The notes under the pieces were generated by a model, which did no database searches, was not told the DNA's origin, and worked only from the letters and a program-made list of their open reading frames with translations. From a virus, in IMG/VR virus record IMGVR_UViG_3300044733_003647, positions 32,001 to 96,000 of that record: a DNA stretch of 64,000 bases; one strand, written 5' to 3'. Positions 56,501 to 64,000 of the stretch are shown piece by piece (positions within the stretch are counted from its first letter, which is position 1; each line of letters opens with the position of its first letter). The position numbers and the translations under genes were made by a program.

Positions 56501-58138
56501 TTTTTTGTAAACACATCTGGAAGATTAGCAATTTTTGGAAACGGTGGTAATATTTTAGTTGGTACTTCACAGACTGTGGCAGTAAATACTTGGAATCATA
56601 TTGCATTTGTTCGATCATCAGGTACAATAACAGCATATCTTAATGGAGTTGCAGATTCAACTACAGCATCTAACAGTACAGCATTTACAGGTGCAAACAG
56701 AATTGGTGGAGAATTATTTGCTGGAAATGCCGGTGGTACTATAATGTTGGGTTATATCTCTAACTATAGATTAGTAAATGGAACCGCAGTATATACCTCA
56801 GCATTCACTCCACCTACTCAACCATTAACTGCAATATCCGGTACAAGTTTACTAACATGTCAAAGTGCAACTTTTATAGACAATTCAACTAATAACTTTA
56901 CTATTACAGTTGCTGGTAACACCACACCAACAACAGTTGCACCATTTACACCCACAGCAACAACAGGAGTTGCTTACTCACCAAGTGTGTATGGTGGTAG
57001 TATGTATTTTGATGGTAGTGGAGACTATTTAACTGTTCCGCCCAGCACAACAACATATTTGTCTAATAGAGCATTCACCATTGAAGCATGGGTTTATCTC
57101 AATGCGAACTATGTAGTATTAGTATCTCGTCGAGCAGAGGTTTCAGCTCGTGGATTTTTCCTTACATATGGTAACATTACAGATAACAAATTCACTTTTT
57201 ATGCTGGTGATACTGATGGTGGTTTTTGGAATGTGCAGTTGACTTCAACAGATACTTTTTCTTTGAGACAATGGCACCATGTTGTAATAACTAGAAATTC
57301 CAGTAATGTATTCACTCTATGGGTCAATGGGGTATCTCAAGCAACTGGTACTGCTTCATTTACTATAGCAGATGACACAAGCAACTTGTTAATTGGTGCC
57401 ATAGACAGCGGAAATGCACCAATGAACGGATATATTTCCAATCTACGAATTATAACAGGTCAAGCACTTTACACCAGCAATTTTGCACCCCCTGTTAGTC
57501 CACTAATAGCAATTCAAAACAGTGTTTTACTGTTAAATGGTACCAGTGCAGGCGTTTATGACAGTTCTATGATGAACGATTATGAAACCGTGGGCAATAG
57601 TAACTTGGTAACAAGCATTAAAAAATACGGCAACAGTAGTTTATATTTTGATGGCACTGGGGATTATTTGGCTACAAACAGTACACTAATAACAAATTTT
57701 GGAGCAAGACCGTTTACTATAGAATCTTGGGTATATTTTAATTCTGTGTCAGGTACTCGATATATAATGTCAACTTATCAAGATTCAGGCACAGGCTGGG
57801 CCCTTGGTTTATTCAACTCAAAGTTTAATTTTTGGGCAACAGGAGACGGGGCAGATATTGTTGGCACAACCACTCCTGTTATTAACACATGGTATCACTT
57901 GGCAGTATCGGGCCAAACAGGATCAATAAAACTTTTTGTAAACGGAATTCAAGAAGGATCTACATATACTGGCGCAACAGCATTAAACTCTACATCCACT
58001 TTGCGTGTTGGCGACGGAGCAGGTGCCGCAGCCGGCCAAGCCTTAAACGGCTATCTAGACGATGTTCGTATCACCCGCGGTGCGGCCCGTTACACTGCAA
58101 ACTTTACCCCACCTAGCAGTCCCTTTATAACCAAATAA
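53579..58138 (+). CDS. Large adhesin with IPT/Ig-like domains and six LamG/concanavalin-A-like domains
   Basis: Six YFDG(T/S)GD(Y/W)L...FT(I/F)E.W.Y...W.H...GY(I/L)S(N/D).R...G.A.Y units; N-terminal ITGTGF and LP.G.TLSS.GL.SGT Ig-like motifs. Confidence 0.8.
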   Translation: MPLTRIQPQGLDSTGTYTFNGIIANTAIVAGNDISSGGGPKITNIQVTDSSYNVLDDTSVSTSGGYIKITGTGFASGCQVLINNTPVTSVTFVSATEVRAQVPATSAGTYVVYLVNSDGGVAIRVNGITFSGTPNWVTSSTLPNSDPLVSIQLSATSDSAVVYSLAAGSTLPTGITLSSGGLLSGTVTGTDQTTYNFTINAIDAELQDSPRTFSITITFSDLNFPYVTTLISANTATLPYDSDASNNNFAITPNGDVRPNGFNPYTPGYYSNYFDGTGDYLTVPSTSSLSMGTGDFCIEMWIYPTALSATSQVLYANFSAGTTQMGVFIRNTSTIRFSSWDTAYLDSASGSIVNNIWHHIVVCRATTTTSLFINGVRAATATGASNDFSSSSAFSIGRNPNNTEFFPGYISNLRVIKGSALYNPSSTTITVPTTPLTAIANTSLLTCQSNGFIDNSTNAFTITRNGDTLVSGFDPFVPDTSYGTYGSTYFDGTGDYLAPATNSAFAFGTGDFTFECWIYATTANDSPIYESRSTNSTTDGFTVTAFSSTVIRVYTTAVLVSATVSNYVNTWTHVAFTRQGSTNRLFVNGVLGATATAADNFSNTTAFIGAGRYASSSLSAYFTGYISDARIVKGTAVYTSAFTPPTTPLTAIANTSLLTCQTNQPDNNNILLDSSTNNFLITRNGNTTQGTFSPYGPLWSNYFDGTGDYLTIPYSASMVQWWDTDYTIEMWVYNVTNSQTSNGFPLQVAYGLPAQADTYWSFGTLTNGTLMFYYYNGGAVTSAVSSATVPLNTWTHVAMVYTNSSTTLKGYINGVQAFSVSKSGTPQGPSGQTVNLGAVQSTGYNGYISNLRIVRGTAVYTSAFTPSTSPLTAIANTSLLTCTDNRFVDDSPNNFTITRNGDVSVQRFSPFSPQTVTTFYSGYFDGTGDWLVTTTSPATLSGSFTIEGWVYITSLAAGRSLVCVGDDNTSTGALFFVNTSGRLAIFGNGGNILVGTSQTVAVNTWNHIAFVRSSGTITAYLNGVADSTTASNSTAFTGANRIGGELFAGNAGGTIMLGYISNYRLVNGTAVYTSAFTPPTQPLTAISGTSLLTCQSATFIDNSTNNFTITVAGNTTPTTVAPFTPTATTGVAYSPSVYGGSMYFDGSGDYLTVPPSTTTYLSNRAFTIEAWVYLNANYVVLVSRRAEVSARGFFLTYGNITDNKFTFYAGDTDGGFWNVQLTSTDTFSLRQWHHVVITRNSSNVFTLWVNGVSQATGTASFTIADDTSNLLIGAIDSGNAPMNGYISNLRIITGQALYTSNFAPPVSPLIAIQNSVLLLNGTSAGVYDSSMMNDYETVGNSNLVTSIKKYGNSSLYFDGTGDYLATNSTLITNFGARPFTIESWVYFNSVSGTRYIMSTYQDSGTGWALGLFNSKFNFWATGDGADIVGTTTPVINTWYHLAVSGQTGSIKLFVNGIQEGSTYTGATALNSTSTLRVGDGAGAAAGQALNGYLDDVRITRGAARYTANFTPPSSPFITK

Positions 58139-58160
58139 ATAGTCCATAAAGGACAAAAAA

Positions 58161-58934
58161 ATGGCCACAATAACAACAAGAGCAGATTTCAAAGATTATT
58201 GTCTAAGACGTTTGGGTTTTCCTGTCATCGAAATCAATATTGATGATGACCAGGTGGAAGATCGTATCGATGATGCATTACAGTATTGGCAAGACTATCA
58301 TTTTGACGGTCTGCAAAAATTATACTTCATCAAACGAATCGATCAAACCGATATTGACAATCATTATTTGGATCTTAGTCAAGCCAGAGACACCGCAAAC
58401 AACGTTTCGGAAATTACTGGTGTGACCAGAATATTTCCAATGTATGATTCTCAAGCATCGATTAACATGTTCGACTTGAGATATCAGTTGCGTCTAAACG
58501 AATTGTATGACTTTACTTCCGCATCATACATTAACTACACAATGACGATGCAACATCTACGTATGTTGGAACAGTTATTCGTTGGTGAAGTTCCTATCCG
58601 TTATCAAAGACATATGCAAAAACTGTTTATTGATTGGGCTTGGGGATCCTCGCAAGCACCAGTTGGTACAGTAGTTGTTGTTGAGTGTTATGGTTTAATT
58701 GATCCTGGTGCGTATGGTAGAGTCTGGAATGATCGTTGGTTAAAAGAATATGCAACTGCACTCATCAAGAGAAGTTGGGGCAATAATCTGAAGAAGTTTG
58801 CCGGTGTTCAATTACCAGGCGGCGTAACTTTGAACGGAGATAAAATATACACCGAAGCTGTAGATGAAATAAAGATGCTGGAAGCCGACATGGAAAAGAA
58901 TTATGGTGGTATTTTGGAATTCTATTTGAATTAA
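58161..58934 (+). CDS. gp13: Neck protein gp13
   Basis: YCLRRLGFPVIEINID.DQ.EDRIDDALQY..DYHFDG and WLKEYATALIKR.WG.NL.KF.G.QLPGGV.LNG. Confidence 0.95.
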   Translation: MATITTRADFKDYCLRRLGFPVIEINIDDDQVEDRIDDALQYWQDYHFDGLQKLYFIKRIDQTDIDNHYLDLSQARDTANNVSEITGVTRIFPMYDSQASINMFDLRYQLRLNELYDFTSASYINYTMTMQHLRMLEQLFVGEVPIRYQRHMQKLFIDWAWGSSQAPVGTVVVVECYGLIDPGAYGRVWNDRWLKEYATALIKRSWGNNLKKFAGVQLPGGVTLNGDKIYTEAVDEIKMLEADMEKNYGGILEFYLN

Positions 58935-58935
58935 T

Positions 58936-59493
58936 ATGAAGCATAAACACCATATAATTCCAAAACACATGGGAGGAACAGATGATCCTTCCAATTTAAT
59001 TGAGCTCACTGTTGAAGAACATGCAGACGCTCACCGTTTATTATGGGAAAAATATGGTAATTGGCAAGACAATGTTGCTTGGAAAGCTTTAAGTGGTCAC
59101 ATTGGTAAAGAAGATATTATACACATGATTCATAAAAATATGAATAAAGGCAGAATACCGACATTGGAAACCAGAGAAAAAATGGCACTCGCTAAAAGAG
59201 GCAAAAAAATATCTAAAGAACATGCGAAAGCCCTACACAATGGTAGAAAAAACTCAAAAAATAGTGAAGAACATTTAAAAATATTGTCGAATGCCAATAA
59301 AGGCAAAACAATATCAGAAGAACAAATAAAAAAATCAATTGAAACAAGAAAAAAAAATAACGACACTTCTAAAATTTCAAGTATAGCTGGAAAAGCAAGT
59401 GCGGAAAAATATAAAAATGATCCTATCCGTCAACAAGCACACTCACAAAGAATGAAAAAGTGGTGGAATGAAAGAAGAAAGGTAGGAACCTAA
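58936..59493 (+). mobile_element. Free-standing HNH homing endonuclease with NUMOD3-like DNA-binding repeats
   Basis: HHIIPKHMGGTDD.SNL..LT.EEH..AH.LL, followed by ETREKM...K.GK and SEE basic repeats; inserted between gp13 and gp14. Confidence 0.85.
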
Positions 59494-59494
59494 A

Positions 59495-60379
59495 ATTGCG
59501 ACCTCGGTGTACTTTAACAACTACAACTCGATTGCAGAACAACGGGTTGTTGAAGACTTAATAGTTGAGTCGATAAAAATTATGGGATTTGACTCCTATT
59601 ACTGCCCAATCTTCAATGAAGAAGATAGAGATATACTGTATGGCGAAGATCCAGTTAAAAAATTCAAGTCTGCTTTCCCTGTCGAATTCTATCTTTCAAA
59701 TGCTTTGGAGTATATGGGAGACAAAGAGTTCTTTACCAAGTTTGGTTTAGAAATACGAAACAACGCAAACGTTATCATATCAAAGCGTTCGTTCTCTCAA
59801 CGTGTTCCACAGAACGTATTTACAAGACCACGTGAAGGTGATTTGATTTATGTACCTTTCTTAAATGGTACTGGTGAATTGTTTGAGATTAAGTTCGTGA
59901 ATCAAACAAAAGACTTCTTCACATTAGGTCGCAAGATTCCATTCTTCTATGAACTGGAACTTGAGAAGTTTAAGTATTCTCAAGAAGTTATCGATACCGG
60001 TATTGCTGATATTGATGATGTTGTGACACAATCTAGTTACACAATCGATCTGACAGTTCGTAACGGAAATGCAATAAACTATTCACAAAAAGAAATTGTG
60101 TATCAATCTAGTGATCAAACACTGGCAAATGCATCTTCTAGTGCAACTGTACAGAATTGGGATGCATCATCAAATACCATAAGTGTTACAAACATTTATG
60201 GAGAATTTACAGACAACGTTACAATTATTGGTGCAACAAGTAATGCTCGATATATGTTAACAACTTACAATCCTTTGAGAGATAGTACGCCAAATGAAAA
60301 CTATGACAATATGTACATAGAAGATCAGGCAAATAATATTATTGATTTCACGGAAATTAATCCGTTCGGAAAAATTTAA
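59495..60379 (+). CDS. gp14: Neck protein gp14 (probable ATT start at 59495; first standard start is GTG 59507)
   Basis: EQ...EDL..ESIKI.G...YY.P, D.LYGED, KFGLEI, RP.EGDLIY.P and DF.E.NPFG. Confidence 0.92.
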   Translation: MATSVYFNNYNSIAEQRVVEDLIVESIKIMGFDSYYCPIFNEEDRDILYGEDPVKKFKSAFPVEFYLSNALEYMGDKEFFTKFGLEIRNNANVIISKRSFSQRVPQNVFTRPREGDLIYVPFLNGTGELFEIKFVNQTKDFFTLGRKIPFFYELELEKFKYSQEVIDTGIADIDDVVTQSSYTIDLTVRNGNAINYSQKEIVYQSSDQTLANASSSATVQNWDASSNTISVTNIYGEFTDNVTIIGATSNARYMLTTYNPLRDSTPNENYDNMYIEDQANNIIDFTEINPFGKI

Positions 60380-61404
60380 TGGCAGCAATTCAATACAATC
60401 GCATCATACGAAAAATTGTTGTTGGGTTTGGTGACCTATTCAATAATATTACACTGGTGCGTTACGACTCAAATCAAATCGAAAAGGAAAGATTCTTAAT
60501 ACCTATTGCATACGCTTCCAAAGAACGTTATGTGATGCGTTTAGAGGATGATCCAAACCTGGACAAAAAAGTACAGATCGCTTTACCTCGTCTGTCTTTT
60601 GAAATGACTGGGCTTTCTTATGATAGTTCCAGAAAACAAAATACAAACGTTAAGAATTTTGCTTCTAATGCAACTGGAGCAATATCACAATATAATCCAG
60701 TACCATACAATTTTGATTTCAATCTGTATTTGTATGTACGTAATATTGAAGACGCAACTCAAGTTATTGAACATATCGTACCATATTTCACACCGGATTA
60801 TACAGTAAAATTGAATCTGATTCCTGAAATGGGTATCGTGAAAGAAATACCTGTAATTTTAAATTCTACAGATCACGAAATAGTTTATGAAGGTGATAGA
60901 GAACAAGCCACAAGGATGATCATTTGGACTTTAAGGTTCACCGTCAAAGGCTTTATATTTGGTAAACACACAGAAACAAATTTCATTACACATTCTATTT
61001 CTTCAATATACAGTTTAAATTCCACAAATGATGTTGTATCATTTACAATGAATCCAGCCACAGGAAATGGATATTATGGAATAGGAGATGTTGTTTACCA
61101 AGGGTATTCTTTTGGTACAGCCACAGCCACTGCAAAAGTTACACAGTGGATACCTTCTCTAAATATTTTGAGACTGACAGATATAAAAGGTAATTTCAAT
61201 TCAACATCTCCAATTATTTCTGCTCAAACAAATGCAAGTTATACATACACATCGTACTCACCATTCGAAGGCAAGTATGCACAAATTGATACTGCAACTG
61301 CAACATTCGATTTGAATACATATACCATGGACAGCACTGCTGGTGATATTACGATGGACCTGGATTCAGGTAAATATCCATCATCAATAAGGGAATACAA
61401 CTAA
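60379..61404 (+). CDS. gp15: Tail sheath stabiliser/terminator gp15 with C-terminal extension
   Basis: IRK.VV.FG.LFN.I, PI.Y..KE, LPRLSFEM....YD..RK, PVPY and Q..E.I.PYF.P. Confidence 0.92.
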   Translation: MAAIQYNRIIRKIVVGFGDLFNNITLVRYDSNQIEKERFLIPIAYASKERYVMRLEDDPNLDKKVQIALPRLSFEMTGLSYDSSRKQNTNVKNFASNATGAISQYNPVPYNFDFNLYLYVRNIEDATQVIEHIVPYFTPDYTVKLNLIPEMGIVKEIPVILNSTDHEIVYEGDREQATRMIIWTLRFTVKGFIFGKHTETNFITHSISSIYSLNSTNDVVSFTMNPATGNGYYGIGDVVYQGYSFGTATATAKVTQWIPSLNILRLTDIKGNFNSTSPIISAQTNASYTYTSYSPFEGKYAQIDTATATFDLNTYTMDSTAGDITMDLDSGKYPSSIREYN

Positions 61405-61405
61405 A

Positions 61406-62245
61406 ATGGCTCAAGAAGTAATAAACACAGGAACATTACCAAATGATGGTAAGGGCGATACTTTAAGAATAGCCGGTCAAAAAATAAACAATAACTTTTT
61501 TGAGTTATATAATGTCGGCGCCGTAACAGATAACACAGCCAGACAAAGAGCTAACGCAGCTTTCGATACAGCAAACACAAAAATCGCAAAGGCTGGTGAT
61601 ATTGTTACCGGCTCATTGATTTTTAGAACGAATGCAAATAATGCATATCCAAATACAAGAATAGGTAATATTCAAGAAGCAAACAGTATTGATGTTTTTG
61701 CAGGAAATGAAAATGACTTTGCTCAATTAAATTGGGCAAATACAAATTTTGCAATTGTTGATAGTGTTGGTGTTGTTGCCACTACAGCAAATACTTCTGT
61801 TGAATTGAAAGATGAACAGGAATTAGTTTTAGTCAGAGTAAATACACAGAATTGGTCATTTACTAGTAATGGAAGAGTAACTGTTTTTGATACTTCAACA
61901 GCTGCCAAAACAACTTTGGCTCCAGGTTTTAGAAATGCAATAACAGTAACTTCAAATACACACAACGCATCAAATACAAATGACATTTTATTTTGTGATC
62001 CAACCACTGCGGGTGGCAATGTAGTTGTAAATCTTTCAGCCAACGTAGATGCCGGTAAATGTTATACAATTAAAAATATAAATCCCGGTGGATATAGTGT
62101 CAACGTAAGTGGTACGGAAAGAGCTTACCCATACATAGAAGATCCTGATGCTTTAGGAAATTTTGTGACAAGAGTAAGAATGTCAAACACTGGAGAAGTA
62201 TACACATGGGTTTTTGATTCCGGAGTCTATAGATACATACAATAA
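61406..62245 (+). CDS. Virion protein with gp9/gp10-like N-terminal NDGxGD motif
   Basis: MAQEVINTGTLPNDGKGDTLRIAGQKINNNF.ELY. Confidence 0.6.
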   Translation: MAQEVINTGTLPNDGKGDTLRIAGQKINNNFFELYNVGAVTDNTARQRANAAFDTANTKIAKAGDIVTGSLIFRTNANNAYPNTRIGNIQEANSIDVFAGNENDFAQLNWANTNFAIVDSVGVVATTANTSVELKDEQELVLVRVNTQNWSFTSNGRVTVFDTSTAAKTTLAPGFRNAITVTSNTHNASNTNDILFCDPTTAGGNVVVNLSANVDAGKCYTIKNINPGGYSVNVSGTERAYPYIEDPDALGNFVTRVRMSNTGEVYTWVFDSGVYRYIQ

Positions 62246-62248
62246 AAT

Positions 62249-62668
62249 ATGAATACTTTTGATAAAAATATGGAAAAAATATTTGATGTTACTCCGGTTG
62301 AAGTGCCGGAGAAACAATCATTGATACCTGTGAAAAGTGATTCTGAAGAATTGGATTTGAAACAAGACTTGACAGATGCATACGAACAATCGAAAAGTAA
62401 TCTTCAAGATATAATCGAACAAGGCAAAGATGCAATGGATGAAATCCTACAGATTGCAAAAGCAGGTCAGCATCCAAGAGCGTTCGAAGTCTATGGTACT
62501 CTACTAAAGAATATGGTAGAAGCCAATGATCGTCTATTAAAAATGCAAAAAGAAATGCGTGAGATGGACGGAAAGAAAAAAGATAATGGTGATACTAAAA
62601 TTGACAAGGCTATTTTTGTTGGTTCGACTGCTGAACTATCAAAAATTCTAAAGAATAATGGACAATAA
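62249..62668 (+). CDS. gp16: Terminase small subunit gp16
   Basis: HPRAFEVY..L.K and A.FVGST.EL.K.L; directly upstream of gp17. Confidence 0.9.
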   Translation: MNTFDKNMEKIFDVTPVEVPEKQSLIPVKSDSEELDLKQDLTDAYEQSKSNLQDIIEQGKDAMDEILQIAKAGQHPRAFEVYGTLLKNMVEANDRLLKMQKEMREMDGKKKDNGDTKIDKAIFVGSTAELSKILKNNGQ

Positions 62669-64000
62669 AGATTCTTACCGCGACAATCCGTTATTAAAGA
62701 GAGCCGGTGTACAACTAGAATATACTCAAGAACAAATCGATGAGTATATAAAATGTGCAAAAGATCCAATTTATTTCGCAAAAAATTATGTAAAGATCGT
62801 CAACGTTGATGAAGGTCTTATTAATTTTAGGATGTGGCCTTTTCAGGAGAAAATGCTCAACCTTTTTAAGGACAATCGTTTCGTAATTACAAAATGTCCT
62901 CGACAGGTTGGTAAAACCACAACAACGGTTGCATATCTATTACATGCAACATTATTCCAAGACTCTCAAAACGTTGCCGTTCTTGCCAACAAAGGCTCTC
63001 TGGCCAGAGATATTCTTGGTAAATACCAACTTGCGTATGAAAACCTACCAATGTGGTTACAACAAGGTGTCATCACATGGAATAAGGGTAACGTAGAACT
63101 GGAAAACGGTTCAAAGATTATTGCTGCATCCACATCATCAAGTGCTATCCGAGGTGGTGCATTCAACATCGTATTCTTGGATGAATTTGCGTTCGTTCCA
63201 CAAAACATTGCTACAGAATTCTTCAACTCTGTTTATCCCGTTATCTCATCCGGTAAGAAAACAAAGATCATTATTGTTTCTACGCCAAATGGTATGAATC
63301 TGTTCTACAAACTCTGGATGGATTCAATCAACAAAAAGAACGATTACGTTTCATTTGAGATTCACTGGTCAAACGTACCAGGAAGAGATGAAAAGTGGAA
63401 AGAAGAAACGATTCGTAACACTTCATTACGTCAGTTCCAACAGGAATTTGAAACTGAGTTCTTGGGTTCTTCAAACACACTGATCTCCGGTTATAAACTT
63501 CAGCAATTGGTGTACAGAGATCCAATTGCTGATCACGACATGTTGAAAATCTATGAACATCCGATCAAAGAAATCAACGGGCATCCAAAAGACAATCTGT
63601 ATGCAATTGTTGTTGATGTGTCGGAAGGTAAAAACTTGGACAGTTCTGCATTCTCTGTGATTGATATATCTCAGACACCATACAAACAGGTTGCAACGTA
63701 CAAGAGTTCATCGATTTCACCGATATTGTTCCCGACAGTCATCTATAACGCAGCAAAGTACTATAACGATGCATACGTTCTGGTAGAAATCAATAACAAC
63801 CCACAAGTTGCAGACTCACTACATGCAGATTTTGAGTATGAGAACCTATGGAAAGTATTCACGGGTAATAAGAAACCACAACAACTATCTGCCGGTTTTG
63901 CAAGAGGTGTGCAGATGGGCATTAAAATGTCTCCCCAAGTTAAAGCAATTGGTTGTTCAAACCTAAAAACTTTGATCGAAGGCGACAAACTTTTAATCAA
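62658..64000 (+). CDS. gp17: Terminase large subunit gp17 (3' truncated by window edge)
   Basis: Manual translation from ATG 62658: MDNKDSYRDNPLLKRAG...KCAKDPIYF...PRQVGKTTT (Walker A)...ELENGS...LDEFAFV (Walker B)...STPNG...QEFE...DVSEG. Confidence 0.95.
   Translation, partial: MDNKDSYRDNPLLKRAGVQLEYTQEQIDEYIKCAKDPIYFAKNYVKIVNVDEGLINFRMWPFQEKMLNLFKDNRFVITKCPRQVGKTTTTVAYLLHATLFQDSQNVAVLANKGSLARDILGKYQLAYENLPMWLQQGVITWNKGNVELENGSKIIAASTSSSAIRGGAFNIVFLDEFAFVPQNIATEFFNSVYPVISSGKKTKIIIVSTPNGMNLFYKLWMDSINKKNDYVSFEIHWSNVPGRDEKWKEETIRNTSLRQFQQEFETEFLGSSNTLISGYKLQQLVYRDPIADHDMLKIYEHPIKEINGHPKDNLYAIVVDVSEGKNLDSSAFSVIDISQTPYKQVATYKSSSISPILFPTVIYNAAKYYNDAYVLVEINNNPQVADSLHADFEYENLWKVFTGNKKPQQLSAGFARGVQMGIKMSPQVKAIGCSNLKTLIEGDKLLI

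Noticed and set aside
62658-64000. Intein or intron in the terminase large subunit
   Set aside because: Walker A, Walker B and nuclease-start motifs occur at normal spacing in the visible part.
1-64000. tRNA or rRNA genes
   Set aside because: No cloverleaf or T-loop (GTTCGA.TC) context was found in the few intergenic gaps; the gttcga at 1581 runs into the terminator hairpin.

Overview
The window is a 64 kb segment of a large, AT-rich T4-like myovirus genome, and its gene order resembles that of aquatic T4-like phages. It starts with replication genes (3' part of gp59, then gp32). A minus-strand block follows: two tape-measure-like paralogs, gp51, gp26, gp54, gp2 and gp4. A long plus-strand virion block comes next: gp48, gp53, hub, a split gp5, gp25, gp6, gp7, gp8, a split VrlC-like protein, many fibre and lectin proteins, gp13, an HNH endonuclease, gp14, gp15, gp16 and the 5' part of gp17. 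The most notable feature is a tightly coupled 12-gene cassette of about 9.5 kb (32750-42240) inserted among the fibre genes. It encodes four radical SAM enzymes with Cys-rich C-termini, three 2OG-Fe(II) oxygenases, a JmjC/cupin, three unknown proteins, and one virion-like 190-aa protein ending in (C-H-x-S)3-RSRR. This resembles a RiPP-type post-translational modification system acting on a phage structural protein. Other candidates are (i) a canonical U-UUU-UUC -1 slippery site that would fuse gp26 to gp51 just upstream of the tape-measure-like genes, as in lambda G/GT; (ii) a two-copy intergenic hairpin whose stem sequences differ but keep their pairing; (iii) recurring C-terminal/N-terminal motif pairs in adjacent fibre genes; and (iv) a probable ATT start for gp14. 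All product calls come from motif recognition and synteny; no database search was run.
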